Of a DNA stretch of 64,000 nucleotides, positions 48,953 through 58,370 are shown piece by piece (the first letter of the stretch is position 1; every line of letters starts with the position of its first letter). A model generated the notes under the pieces. That model saw only the letters and a program-made list of their open reading frames with translations. It had not been told where the DNA came from and did not search any database. Origin of the DNA: an uncultured Rhodospirillales bacterium. GTDB taxonomy: Bacteria > Pseudomonadota > Alphaproteobacteria > JAWKYA01. The stretch lies in the NCBI GenBank assembly GCA_964397465.1, contig CAYNIC010000011.1:3503-67502 (forward strand), in the 5' to 3' direction. Both the position numbers and the translations under genes were made by a program.

Positions 48953-49813
48953 ATGGCGAAGAGTCTAAGTAACGAGGATAATTGTCAGACCTTCGTCGAT
49001 GGCCGGTGGATCGCGGGCAATCCGCCGCTGATGCATGCTATGACCCATGCGGTGTGGTTGGGATCGGTGGTGTTCGACGGCGCGCGGGCCTTCGACGGCG
49101 TGGCGCCCGATCTTGATCTTCATTGCCATCGGGTCGTCAATTCGGCATCGGTGTTGGGCTTGGCGCCGACCCTGACCGCGACGGCGATCGAAGATCTGGC
49201 GCGGGACGGCATCAAAAGATTTGCGCCGAACACCCCGCTCTATATCCGGCCGATGTTCTTTGCCGAGGACGGGATGCTGGCGCCCGATCCCGCCACCACC
49301 AAATTCGCCCTGGTGATGTGGGAGGATCCCTTGCCGGCGCCGACCGGATTTTCCGCAATTGTCACACCGATGCGGCGCCCGCCGCCCGAAGCGGCGCCTT
49401 CGGAAGCCAAAGCGTCTTGTCATTATCCCAATCTGGGTCGCGCGGTGCGCTGGGCAAAGGAACGCGGCTTTGACAACGGCGTGGTATTGGATCCCGCCGG
49501 CAAGATCGCCGAATTCGCTTCATCGAATATTTTCTTCGTGCAGGACGGGGTGGTGGTGACGCCGGCGGCCAACGGCACTTTCCTGAATGGCGTCACGCGG
49601 CGCCGCGTGTTATCGCTGTTGCGCGCTGATGGCGTGAAGGTTGAGGAACGGGTAGTTGACCCGTCAGAGCTTGATCGCGCGTCCGAAGTTTTCTCCACCG
49701 GCAACTATGCCAAGGTCATGCCGGTGACGCGGATGAACGATCGCAGCCTGCAGCCGGGACCGCTGTTCCGCCGCGCCCGCGAGCTCTATTGGGGTTATGC
49801 ACATGGGAAGTAA
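48953..49813 (+). CDS. class IV aminotransferase (branched-chain amino acid / D-amino acid aminotransferase family)
   Basis: Fold-type IV PLP enzyme pattern (FxxDG...Y...R..F, conserved E...K region). 286 aa. Confidence 0.75.
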   Translation: MAKSLSNEDNCQTFVDGRWIAGNPPLMHAMTHAVWLGSVVFDGARAFDGVAPDLDLHCHRVVNSASVLGLAPTLTATAIEDLARDGIKRFAPNTPLYIRPMFFAEDGMLAPDPATTKFALVMWEDPLPAPTGFSAIVTPMRRPPPEAAPSEAKASCHYPNLGRAVRWAKERGFDNGVVLDPAGKIAEFASSNIFFVQDGVVVTPAANGTFLNGVTRRRVLSLLRADGVKVEERVVDPSELDRASEVFSTGNYAKVMPVTRMNDRSLQPGPLFRRARELYWGYAHGK

Positions 49814-49829
49814 CGTATGAGAGGGAGTT

Positions 49830-50627
49830 ATGCCTTACGTACAGCGAGATAAAAAAGGAATTGTAACAGGGTTATTTGAACATAAATTACCAGAGGCTAC
49901 TATGGAATTTCTGGAAAAAGACGATCCGGAAATTAAAGACTTTTATGATCGATTTCCACTATCGCCTCAGATGATAGAGGCGCTTCGCCCTAAATCTACA
50001 AAAGAGTTACTCGAACAGCATCAAAAAATTGAAAAAGAATATAATCAACTTATAGAAGACCATAAAGCACTTCAAAATCTCATTATATCTTTATTAGGTG
50101 TATGGGCGGAAATGGAGACTAGCTTTGCTGGCTTACTAAATGTTCTTTTAACAGGAAGTAGAGAAAAATTGGCGTTTGCACTTTACTTTTCTATTCGAAA
50201 TTTTCAAACGCAAATGACGGTAATTCAAACACTTGGTGAAGTGCTTTTTCCTTCCGAAGAAAATTCAAAAAAAGTGTATAAAGAATGGGAGTCAGTTTTT
50301 AATAAAATTAAAAAGGAAGTACCTGAAATTCGAAACAGAATCGCTCACGGGCATATAGTCCAGTTCTTGCACGAGAAGAAACATATACGTGTTTTGCCGC
50401 CATTTTTTGATTTCATTAAAATAGAAAAAAGCAACGCAAAAGCTGAATTACCTGGAGTTGGACAAAACGAAATATACAAAAGTATAAAGGTAATAGGCCT
50501 AACTTCTCAGTTTGCCAATCGCTTGTCGCTTATTTTTAAGCGTTCTTTTGAAGGCGAGGCATTAGCACTTAAAGAAATTGATTTGGAGCTCAAAAGTTAT
50601 AAGGAAAATTTCAAAAATTTAAGATAA
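49830..50627 (+). CDS. hypothetical protein with HEPN-like Rx4H motif (Abi-like)
   Basis: AT-rich (about 35% GC). All-helical protein. EIRNRIAHGH matches the HEPN R-x4-6-H motif. Confidence 0.5.
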   Translation: MPYVQRDKKGIVTGLFEHKLPEATMEFLEKDDPEIKDFYDRFPLSPQMIEALRPKSTKELLEQHQKIEKEYNQLIEDHKALQNLIISLLGVWAEMETSFAGLLNVLLTGSREKLAFALYFSIRNFQTQMTVIQTLGEVLFPSEENSKKVYKEWESVFNKIKKEVPEIRNRIAHGHIVQFLHEKKHIRVLPPFFDFIKIEKSNAKAELPGVGQNEIYKSIKVIGLTSQFANRLSLIFKRSFEGEALALKEIDLELKSYKENFKNLR

Positions 50628-50765
50628 CAGATGATATAAACATCAGCACCGCCATACGTCGTGTCAATGTCCTGAGATCGACTATCCGCCGGTGCCCTTC
50701 AGCAATAAACCCTTTGCCAGCCTCAGCCCGCTTAAGTAGCATTGCGCGGAAGGGATTTTCGTCTC

Positions 50766-51779
50766 ATGACGCTAAATTATCTCGAACTGATTATCGGCAG
50801 TCTGTGCTTAATCATCATCGGCTTCTGCGCCGGTGTTGTTATCCATGCCGGCGAGATCATTCCCTATCAGCCGCTGATCGTCGGTTTGATCGCGCTGGGC
50901 GGCGCGGTGATCGCCTATGTCGGAACGCTGAGGGCATCCCACGCCCATCTGCAGGTCGCCGAGAAGAACATCAAGCATCAGCAAGAGCAGAAGGCGCTGG
51001 ACTCTATCAACGAGAAACAGGAAATCGCGTCCTTTGCGCAAAAGCTGCTGCTGGAAATATTCAATTATCTGGTGGCGACAAGCCTTCTTTCCCGGGACCA
51101 GGCCATCGATGAAAAATGGCTCAACCTCTTGACCCTGAAAGACATGATAGAGCGATATGTCACCAGGATGGAGGACGCCTCGGATAAATTCATGAAACTG
51201 GACATTAACAACTCCAGCCGAATTCATCTGATCATTCGCGGCTTGAAAAACATCCTGCCCGAGGCGGAGACGATCCAAAATATAAATCAGCTGATGAAAA
51301 CCGGCGACAATGGCGCGATCTGCGCCCAGTATATCAACCGCACCTATGAATATATCGGGACATTCTTGAACGAGAACGTTACGGTACATGACATCCTTAA
51401 CGACTTGGATGTCATCTCCAAGGGCAATGTGGATCAATCAAGGGCGTATTCGATCTTGACGACGGATCTGAGAAAAATCATCAACGAGAATCTGAGGCTT
51501 ATTCAATCCGCCGTCACCGCGGGCCGCTATCTCGAGATCGATTATCCGCCGGGGCGCCGGGTGGTGGCGCCGCATATTTTGGGGCGCACCAGCAGTGGCG
51601 AGCTGGTGCTCAGCGTCTATCAAGTCAACGGCGCCAGTGATGCTGGCGAGACGGTGGGGTGGAAGACTTTCCATCTCGATCGCATTTTGGGCGTAAGGGT
51701 GTTGGATAAACGCTTTTCACCGCAGGGCGATTACAATCCCCACGATCCGAAAATACCCGAAGTTATCGTCAAGGTATAA
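50766..51779 (+). CDS. membrane-anchored protein with C-terminal WYL domain
   Basis: Two N-terminal TM helices. The C-terminus RRVVAPHILGRTSSGELVLSVYQVNG...WKTFHLDRILGVRVLDKRF matches the WYL consensus (..P..L....wYL.......R.FrLdRI..v.vL...F). Confidence 0.5.
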   Translation: MTLNYLELIIGSLCLIIIGFCAGVVIHAGEIIPYQPLIVGLIALGGAVIAYVGTLRASHAHLQVAEKNIKHQQEQKALDSINEKQEIASFAQKLLLEIFNYLVATSLLSRDQAIDEKWLNLLTLKDMIERYVTRMEDASDKFMKLDINNSSRIHLIIRGLKNILPEAETIQNINQLMKTGDNGAICAQYINRTYEYIGTFLNENVTVHDILNDLDVISKGNVDQSRAYSILTTDLRKIINENLRLIQSAVTAGRYLEIDYPPGRRVVAPHILGRTSSGELVLSVYQVNGASDAGETVGWKTFHLDRILGVRVLDKRFSPQGDYNPHDPKIPEVIVKV

Positions 51780-51806
51780 GCGCCGCAGCGCGCCTGTTGC
51801 AGGTGC

Positions 51807-51885
51807 GGATCACTGATCAACAGTTTTCATCGCAGCTAAAGGACCATCTACGCGATGTGATTGTCACTCCCATCAGCTCTGCAAA
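51807..51885 (+). repeat. about 80-bp direct repeat, copy 1 (about 75% identical to 53179-53257)
   Basis: gcggatcactgatcaacagtttt...gtcactcccatcagc versus gcggataactggtcaacagttttt...gtcgctcccatcactgc. Confidence 0.45.
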
Positions 51886-51903
51886 TAGGTCTATACGGTT
51901 CAA

Positions 51904-52623
51904 TTAATTTGTCGTTTGAAAGCCACGAATCGCCCAGAGTATTGACCATCCAAATATAAAGATAATCGTTGGGGGAATGATAAACATACCCAGGATAAAT
52001 AATAAACTTTTGTCAGCTATAGATCGATATTCTTTGGCATGGTTTTTTGCGGCATCAATTTTGTCTAACCGGCTTACTTTAGATTTGTAGATTTCTGCAG
52101 GGTTACGGCCGCAAGGAAGATCTATGATCTGTCTTGATTTTTCTGCCAGATTCTTATTCAGAATATTTCTAGCATCTTGAATAGATAATGACCTAAAATC
52201 AACAATAGTAACCCAAGCTTCTCGTTTAAAAGCTTCCACTATAGCTTCCAGCTGTTCATCAGATAATTTTTCAAAGTCAAACTTAGTTTGGGATGACGGA
52301 TTTTGTTTCTCCGTTTGTCGTTCTGGTGGGGGAAAATTTGATTCTTGTATTTGATTAAGATCTATCCAGCCGTTCTCCATAAAATAGAAGATAGGCTCAG
52401 TGCGGCATTTAGTTCTATAATACTTTCCTACTTCCGGTTCAGGCAGAGAGTCTGTCTCTGATTGTAGAAAAGATATTTCGCGATCTGCTTCTGCAGAACG
52501 CCTTATATTATTAGTATATTCCGATTTCAATTCGGTTAATACCAGCCAAGCTACCAGCGAAACCCATATTGCACTAATTATCAGCCATAAACGAAAAAGC
52601 CCTCTTCCAAATCTAGACATCAT
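51904..52623 (-). CDS. hypothetical membrane protein (N- and C-terminal TM helices)
   Basis: 239 aa, AT-rich. Last gene of a three-gene minus-strand cassette. Confidence 0.45.
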   Translation of the reverse strand: MMSRFGRGLFRLWLIISAIWVSLVAWLVLTELKSEYTNNIRRSAEADREISFLQSETDSLPEPEVGKYYRTKCRTEPIFYFMENGWIDLNQIQESNFPPPERQTEKQNPSSQTKFDFEKLSDEQLEAIVEAFKREAWVTIVDFRSLSIQDARNILNKNLAEKSRQIIDLPCGRNPAEIYKSKVSRLDKIDAAKNHAKEYRSIADKSLLFILGMFIIPPTIIFIFGWSILWAIRGFQTTN

Positions 52624-52813
52624 ACTTTAGGCACTCTTCTGCAGAAGCAACTTCAGATTTTAATTTTGAATAATCTATATTTTCACCCCAAGGTTTATCG
52701 TCTCGAGCGTTCTTTAAGGCGTCGCTGCAAAGATCTTTATTGCTCAAATTCGTAAATGGATATGAATAGAATTTTGGTGGGTAGTCTGGAATAGTAACTT
52801 TCACACATTTCAT
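52613..52813 (-). CDS. hypothetical small protein
   Basis: 66 aa. Overlaps neighbouring genes, which suggests translational coupling. Confidence 0.3.
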   Translation of the reverse strand: MKCVKVTIPDYPPKFYSYPFTNLSNKDLCSDALKNARDDKPWGENIDYSKLKSEVASAEECLKYDV

Positions 52814-53046
52814 TGTTTGATCTTTCCATTATTTTTTATAATTTGGTTGGGATCGAATCCCTCCGCCACAAGAAGTGAGCTAAGTTGTTCACCAAAACTT
52901 TTACTGTCTTCATATGCGAAGAGAGGCTTTTGAGTCTTATCAGATACAGATATATAAACGCGCCCTTGACCCGCATGCTCAAAATCAAAGTTGTAGCCAA
53001 GGTCATGGAGCGCAATGAGCATTCTGGCGTTGTTTGTATTGCTCAT
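52810..53046 (-). CDS. hypothetical small protein
   Basis: 78 aa, first gene of the AT-rich cassette. Confidence 0.3.
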   Translation of the reverse strand: MSNTNNARMLIALHDLGYNFDFEHAGQGRVYISVSDKTQKPLFAYEDSKSFGEQLSSLLVAEGFDPNQIIKNNGKIKQ

Positions 53047-53178
53047 TAGGTTATGCTTCCCTTTTATTTCTATTTAAAAGGGTATCATTAAATATATATA
53101 ATTTTAAATAGTTTTAAAAACACCTGACTTTTCAGTATCTTCTGCCTAGAAATCATTTTTAGCGCATTGTGTGGTTGC

Positions 53179-53257
53179 GGATAACTGGTCAACAGTTTTT
53201 ACCGAAATTGAAAGCCATCCGCGCGAAGTGACGGTCGCTCCCATCACTGCGCGGATT
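53179..53257 (+). repeat. about 80-bp direct repeat, copy 2
   Basis: See copy 1 (51807-51885). Lies upstream of the minus-strand cassette. Confidence 0.45.
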
Positions 53258-53284
53258 TAACCGGCGTCTCAGGTCAACCCGGCG

Positions 53285-53494
53285 CTAACACGTCGCGTAG
53301 GTCGGGCTTTGCGCCGCCTCAAACACAAACATCACTTCCGACGGAATAATGTCATGGGGCAACTGGCCCTTTTCCTGTGCTGCTTTCAACACAAGATCCT
53401 TCACATCGCGTCGCATCGTGCTGTTGAGGGTTTGAAAACCGCCGACCCCATAAGGGCCAACTGTTTTTCCGTGGTATTTGATAAATACGTTCAT
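53285..53494 (-). CDS. hypothetical small protein
   Basis: 69 aa beginning MNVFIKYHGKTVGPYG. The upstream part of the ORF is AT-rich and unlikely to be coding. Confidence 0.3.
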   Translation of the reverse strand: MNVFIKYHGKTVGPYGVGGFQTLNSTMRRDVKDLVLKAAQEKGQLPHDIIPSEVMFVFEAAQSPTYATC

Positions 53495-53803
53495 CGTAAC
53501 TCCCTCCCGCAGTAAACGGTTGTCCCCGTTTCCCGGTATTTTTTTAAGTGCAGTTACTTTTTTTCTAGGCCATATCGCGCGTTTAAGGGCGCCTCGGCCG
53601 TATGATATCCGATCTAGAATACGCAGCATTATAGGCACTGCATGATCGGGTCCACAAGCAAAGATCGTAAGCTCATGATTACGTTGAGCAATAAAAATAG
53701 TCGGGCGACGTTTTATTAACCAATTATTTTTTCTGAAGAAAAATAGCGTGGCCATACGCTAATTTTAGCGACGTAAATACCTCGGAAATACTTGGTTTTT
53801 ACG

Positions 53804-54181
53804 TTACGAGCCGACAATCACCACCACATAGCCGTCGGGATCACGCAGCCAGCACTCATGGTGGCCGGCATTGGGGTTAAAGCGGCGTTCCTCGATGATC
53901 TCGATCTTCAATCCCTTGGCGCGTTTGATCACCGCATCGATAGCGTCGGTGTGAAACCACAACAAAACGCCATAGCCGTGGGGCGCCGCATCGGGATCGC
54001 CCAAATTGGGATGATCGTGATCACCCCAATGATGGAGCTGCAGGATCATCTCGCCGGTTGCCGGATCGATCAGTTGTTCGTACTCATCCCCGCCATGACC
54101 GCTGATGCAGCCGAGAAGTTTTTGATACCAGCGGCTGCTGGCGGGAACGTCTTTGACGGCGATCAGTGGTTGCGGTTTCAT
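53804..54181 (-). CDS. VOC (glyoxalase/bleomycin-resistance) family protein
   Basis: 125 aa with a VOC fold pattern and metal-binding His/Glu. Confidence 0.75.
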   Translation of the reverse strand: MKPQPLIAVKDVPASSRWYQKLLGCISGHGGDEYEQLIDPATGEMILQLHHWGDHDHPNLGDPDAAPHGYGVLLWFHTDAIDAVIKRAKGLKIEIIEERRFNPNAGHHECWLRDPDGYVVVIVGS

Positions 54182-57009
54182 GTCTTGTCCTCGATCGATG
54201 ATGTCTCATGTGGCGCTCGCTCGTGCACAAAAAATTCCCGCACGGCGGTGACCGCCTCGGCCAACCCAAGCCGCGAGATCGCAACGCCTTCGGGAAAGGC
54301 GGTGGTAAGGCGGCTGGGCAGCCGTGAATCAAGCAACACAAACACACCGCGATCGGTGGTGCGGCGGATCAACCGCCCGAAGGCTTGGCGCAGTCGCAGC
54401 CGGGTCAGCATATCGGCATAGGCCGCCTTGCCGCCGGGAAAAACCTCGGCCCGCGCCTTGTACAAAATATCCGGCCGCGGCCACGGCACCCGGTCGAACA
54501 CCACCAGACGCAAGGAACGCCCCGGTACATCGACGCCGTCGCGCACCGCATCGGTCCCGAGTAGACAGGCGTCTTCCTCGGCACGGAAAATATCGATCAA
54601 GGTGGCGGTGTCGACGCCGTCGACGTGTTGCGCGTAGAGGGGAATATTTGCTGCCTCCAACGGCGCTGCGATCCGCGCTTGTACCTCGCGCAGTCGGCTG
54701 ATGGCGGTGAACAGGCCAAGCCCGCCGCCGTGGGAGGCTTCGAACAGGGCGCGATAGGCCGCCGCCATCTGTCCCGGATCCTTGCCATCGATGTTTTTCA
54801 CGATCAGCACCCGGGTTTGACGGGGATAATCAAAGGGTGAGGGCACGCGAACCAGCAAGGCCGGCCTGGCGAGATGCCGCGTGCCGGTACGCGCCTCGGC
54901 GGCGATCCAATCTTCATCAACGCGGCCGGTGCGATCGGCCAAGGTCGCCGAGGTAATCACCCCGCCATGGACGCCGGCTTCGATCGCCTGGGCGAAGGGC
55001 TGCATCGGATCGCGCCAATGACGGTAAAGACCGATGTCGATGTCGCGGCCCTCGATCCGGTCGACCGCGCACCAATCGACGAACTCGGGCGGCGTTTCGC
55101 TGCGCAGACTTTTGAGCATCGATCGCCAGGCGGCGATGGGGGCAAGGGCTCGGTGGCTAAGCCCGCGCACCACCGCTTCGATGCGGATGCGGGTCGCGAC
55201 GTCGATCTCGCCGGCCTCGCTGCCGGTCAGCCGCGCGGCGATGGCGGTGCGAAGCTGGGTCAAAGGTTCCTCCAACCGCGCCAAGGCAAGATCAAGCGCC
55301 GTCGCCGCCTCCAGCAGGCCGTCAACCGGATCGGTGGTGGGCGCTTCGAGGCCATAAGGACCATCCCGATCGGCGACCCGGGCGTAAACCTGGGTGCGAA
55401 TATGCGCCAGGAATACTTCGGTCGGTCCGCGCGGTGCATCGTCGGCCAGGCGTTTGATCCACCCGTCACCGGGAAGCGCGCGGGCGGAGTCCAGCGCATT
55501 GCTCAACGCCACCTCCGCCGCGGTATTGCCGGCGGCAAGATCTTCGGCGCGGCGCTTCAAGCCGCGGGCACGGCCCCGTCCACCCTCGGCACCCAACAAC
55601 CAGCGGCGAAGTTCGGCGGCTTCGATTCCGGAGAGCGCGGCCGAGAAGGCGCTATCGGCGGCATCAAACAAATGATGACCTTCATCGAACACGATCCGTG
55701 TCGGCAATTGACCGTCTTCGCCGCGCGTCGCACTGATCAAGGTGAGGGCATGGTTCGCCACCACCAGTTTCGCCCGGGCGGCCCTGCGGATGGTGCGCTC
55801 GATGAAACACTTATTATAGTGCGGGCAGGCGGCGTGGATGCATTCGCCGCGTCGATCGGCCAGGCTAAGGCTGCGCCGTGTTCCCAAGAGATGCACCAAC
55901 CATCCGGGAAAATCACCGCCGATCAAATCACCGTTGCGCGTCGCGCCGGCCCAGCGGGTGATAAGACCCAAAGCCACCGCATCGGAGACGCGGCCGCCGG
56001 GTCCAAGCGAGATCAATCCGCGCACCGCCTCTTCCAAATTCAGCAGGCACAGATAATTCTCTCGGCCCTTGCGCACCACGGCGCGCAAGGATTTTTCCAC
56101 CGGATCGGGGTAAAGCCGATCAAGCTCGCTATCCAATTGGTGTTGCAGGTTGCGGGTAAAGGTCGACAGCCACACTGTGCCGTCGTTCTTCTCCGCCCAC
56201 AGACTGGCGGGGGCGATATAGCCCAAGGTCTTGCCGACACCGGTGCCGGCTTCGGCCAGGATCACCGTCGGTGCCGCCAGGGCCGGCGGCGGTTGAAACG
56301 CGGCGCTTAACGCTGCGGCGTAGTCGGCTTGCGGCGCACGCACCTCCGCATCCTTGCCCAGCAGCTCGGCCAGGCGCCGCGTGGCCTCGATCGGGGAAAC
56401 ACCGATCTGTCCGGGCGGCGGGGGCGGTTCGTGCTCGGCGATCTCGGGCAGACGGCGCCATACTTCAAATCCGGAGACATGTCCCGACGGTGCTGCATCG
56501 GCGGGTGAAGATTTCACCCGGCCGTGATCCAGCGCTTGAAGGACCCAGGGTCCCCAACTCCACCCGCCGCGCTCCATGGCGGCGGCAAGATCGATCATGT
56601 CGCGCCGCTCGGCAAAGGAGTGAGTTTGCGCCAATTCGGTTAAGAGCAGGCGCGTAATCTCGATCAAGCTTAAGGCTTCGCGTGCAGGCGTCGACGGCGG
56701 CGGCTGCTTCATCGCCATGGCCAATCCCCGCGGTGTCGACAAGGCGAAGTTGGCGGGACGCACGAAGGCGAAGAGTTCCAAAACATCAAGCGCGGGAAAA
56801 CTGTCGATCCCCAACCGCCGGGCTGTCGCCAGGCGGTGGCATAGAATGGGGACGAGGCCGGCATCAACTCTTAATGCGGCGTCGCCATGGCTGAGGGCTT
56901 CGATCGTTCCGTCGGAAGATAACAGCACGGCATCCCGCGCCGAGGCCACCAAGACAGGTGCATCGGGCAAAGATATATCAGGGGAAGGGACGTGGTCTGG
57001 CGCGCGCAT
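54178..57009 (-). CDS. DinG/Rad3-family ATP-dependent DNA helicase with N-terminal extension
   Basis: AEAGTGVGKTLGYIAPA Walker A, a DEAD_2-type VFDEGHHL motif and a C-terminal helicase_C_2 region. 943 aa. ATGA overlap with the VOC gene. Confidence 0.8.
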   Translation of the reverse strand: MRAPDHVPSPDISLPDAPVLVASARDAVLLSSDGTIEALSHGDAALRVDAGLVPILCHRLATARRLGIDSFPALDVLELFAFVRPANFALSTPRGLAMAMKQPPPSTPAREALSLIEITRLLLTELAQTHSFAERRDMIDLAAAMERGGWSWGPWVLQALDHGRVKSSPADAAPSGHVSGFEVWRRLPEIAEHEPPPPPGQIGVSPIEATRRLAELLGKDAEVRAPQADYAAALSAAFQPPPALAAPTVILAEAGTGVGKTLGYIAPASLWAEKNDGTVWLSTFTRNLQHQLDSELDRLYPDPVEKSLRAVVRKGRENYLCLLNLEEAVRGLISLGPGGRVSDAVALGLITRWAGATRNGDLIGGDFPGWLVHLLGTRRSLSLADRRGECIHAACPHYNKCFIERTIRRAARAKLVVANHALTLISATRGEDGQLPTRIVFDEGHHLFDAADSAFSAALSGIEAAELRRWLLGAEGGRGRARGLKRRAEDLAAGNTAAEVALSNALDSARALPGDGWIKRLADDAPRGPTEVFLAHIRTQVYARVADRDGPYGLEAPTTDPVDGLLEAATALDLALARLEEPLTQLRTAIAARLTGSEAGEIDVATRIRIEAVVRGLSHRALAPIAAWRSMLKSLRSETPPEFVDWCAVDRIEGRDIDIGLYRHWRDPMQPFAQAIEAGVHGGVITSATLADRTGRVDEDWIAAEARTGTRHLARPALLVRVPSPFDYPRQTRVLIVKNIDGKDPGQMAAAYRALFEASHGGGLGLFTAISRLREVQARIAAPLEAANIPLYAQHVDGVDTATLIDIFRAEEDACLLGTDAVRDGVDVPGRSLRLVVFDRVPWPRPDILYKARAEVFPGGKAAYADMLTRLRLRQAFGRLIRRTTDRGVFVLLDSRLPSRLTTAFPEGVAISRLGLAEAVTAVREFFVHERAPHETSSIEDKT

Positions 57010-57116
57010 GGCGGCGGAGTATAGGCGAGATTCATCCGTCTTGGACGGTTAATCTCATGGCGCAGGGAGGGGTAGTGTTGAGGTGAGGTTGCCGAGATAT
57101 CGGCGCCGCCGATAGG

Positions 57117-57386
57117 TTAAGGCGGCTTGTTAAAATCCATCTGATTGTTGTTGGACGACTGATTGGTCTTCAAATCGCCGCGTGCCGGACGGACGGTTTC
57201 ATCCTGGGTCGGGGTCGGCGCGGGCCGTAGAGACGGCGGCTTGTGATCCCGGGGCGTCGGCTGAGTGAGGCCCAAAAGCTGATCCAAATTGTCCGCAGCT
57301 CTACCGGCGGACGCAAGGCTGATCATCAACGCAAAAGCGCCGATGCCGCACAGGACCAGTCCACGGATAGAGAGCCTCAGGAGCAT
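57117..57386 (-). CDS. hypothetical small secreted/membrane protein
   Basis: MLLRLSIRGLVLCGIGAFALMISLASAG hydrophobic N-terminus, then a Pro-rich region. Confidence 0.35.
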   Translation of the reverse strand: MLLRLSIRGLVLCGIGAFALMISLASAGRAADNLDQLLGLTQPTPRDHKPPSLRPAPTPTQDETVRPARGDLKTNQSSNNNQMDFNKPP

Positions 57387-57644
57387 GCCCACCTCGTCAG
57401 GGCACCGGCTTAATTCAATAAAACCAGCACCCAAAGTTCATTCATATCTCTTAAAACATGCGCTTTGTAAGGGAAAAAAGCAAACTAACAGTATTAGATA
57501 AAATTAGAGTAAATAAAACGGTTCAGCAAGGGTGATCTATTTGAATAATCAGGAAATTCTTGTCTAACGGACGTTTAAAGGCGAAGCGGCTTTGTTGTGG
57601 AAACGAAACATTGTTGCGCGCTAAATTTTTCACGATGAGGGGAA

Positions 57645-57685
57645 TAAACAAACGGGCACCCTTAAAGGATGCCCGTTTGTTGTTT
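57645..57685 (-). terminator. hairpin plus T-tract terminator downstream of the Sel1 gene pair
   Basis: ACGGGCA...TGCCCGT stem. T-rich on both strands. Confidence 0.5.
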
Positions 57686-57702
57686 AGCCGATCATCGAAG
57701 GT

Positions 57703-57737
57703 CTAGTCGGCTCTTGTGATCCGCCCTTCGACCTTGG
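57703..57737 (+). repeat. 35-bp exact direct repeat of the 3' end of the 5'-nucleotidase gene (copy A)
   Basis: ctagtcggctcttgtgatccgcccttcgaccttgg is identical to 59308-59342. Confidence 0.75.
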
Positions 57738-57739
57738 TC

Positions 57740-58366
57740 TTACTCTCCGCAGTCACGATAGGTGGATTCGCGGCACTTTTCGGCCATGGCCTTGGCTTCA
57801 CTGACTTGCTGAGGCGTTAAGTCTGACTCCGTAGCGGTGAGAATTTTCTGTGCCAGATTGGCAATATCAGAATTGGTTGCCGTTTCGCTGGCTATCGAGG
57901 TCCACATATAGGTGCGAACATCATCGCGAGGAACGCCCTTTGCGGCAGAATACAACAAGCCAAGTTGTATTTGTCCCAAGGCATATCCTTGCACCGCCGC
58001 CAGCTTAAACCATTTTCGTGCTTCTTGATAATTCGGCACGACGCCGTCACCTTGGCGATAAATAACGCCGATCGTAACCTGCACGGTAGGATGATGGGCT
58101 TGTTTGTTGGCGAGACTGAACCACTTGGCGGCTGCAGCATGATCCCGCGTCACACCTTCGCCTCGATAATACATCGTGCCCAAGGTAATTGAAGCTTGAT
58201 CCATGCCACCTTCAGCCAAGGGCTTGAGAATGGAAAGTGCCGTGGCATAATCTTTGCGGTCGTAAGCGGCTTTGCCGTCTTGCAAAGGGCCAGTCGCTGC
58301 AGGGGCGGCAAAAATGAATCCCCCCAGAATTATCACGGTCAACCGATAGGCCATTCTCCTTTTCAT
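57740..58366 (-). CDS. Sel1-repeat protein (secreted)
   Basis: Signal peptide, then Sel1 repeats (GTMYYRGEGV, AAKWF..AA.QG). C-terminal CRESTYRDCGE. Confidence 0.7.
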   Translation of the reverse strand: MKRRMAYRLTVIILGGFIFAAPAATGPLQDGKAAYDRKDYATALSILKPLAEGGMDQASITLGTMYYRGEGVTRDHAAAAKWFSLANKQAHHPTVQVTIGVIYRQGDGVVPNYQEARKWFKLAAVQGYALGQIQLGLLYSAAKGVPRDDVRTYMWTSIASETATNSDIANLAQKILTATESDLTPQQVSEAKAMAEKCRESTYRDCGE

Positions 58367-58370
58367 GAGC

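Noticed and set aside
54874-56310. 478-aa plus-strand ORF
   Set aside because: Fully antisense to the DinG-family helicase gene. Composition is Arg/Gly/Ala-rich, typical of GC-rich antisense frames.
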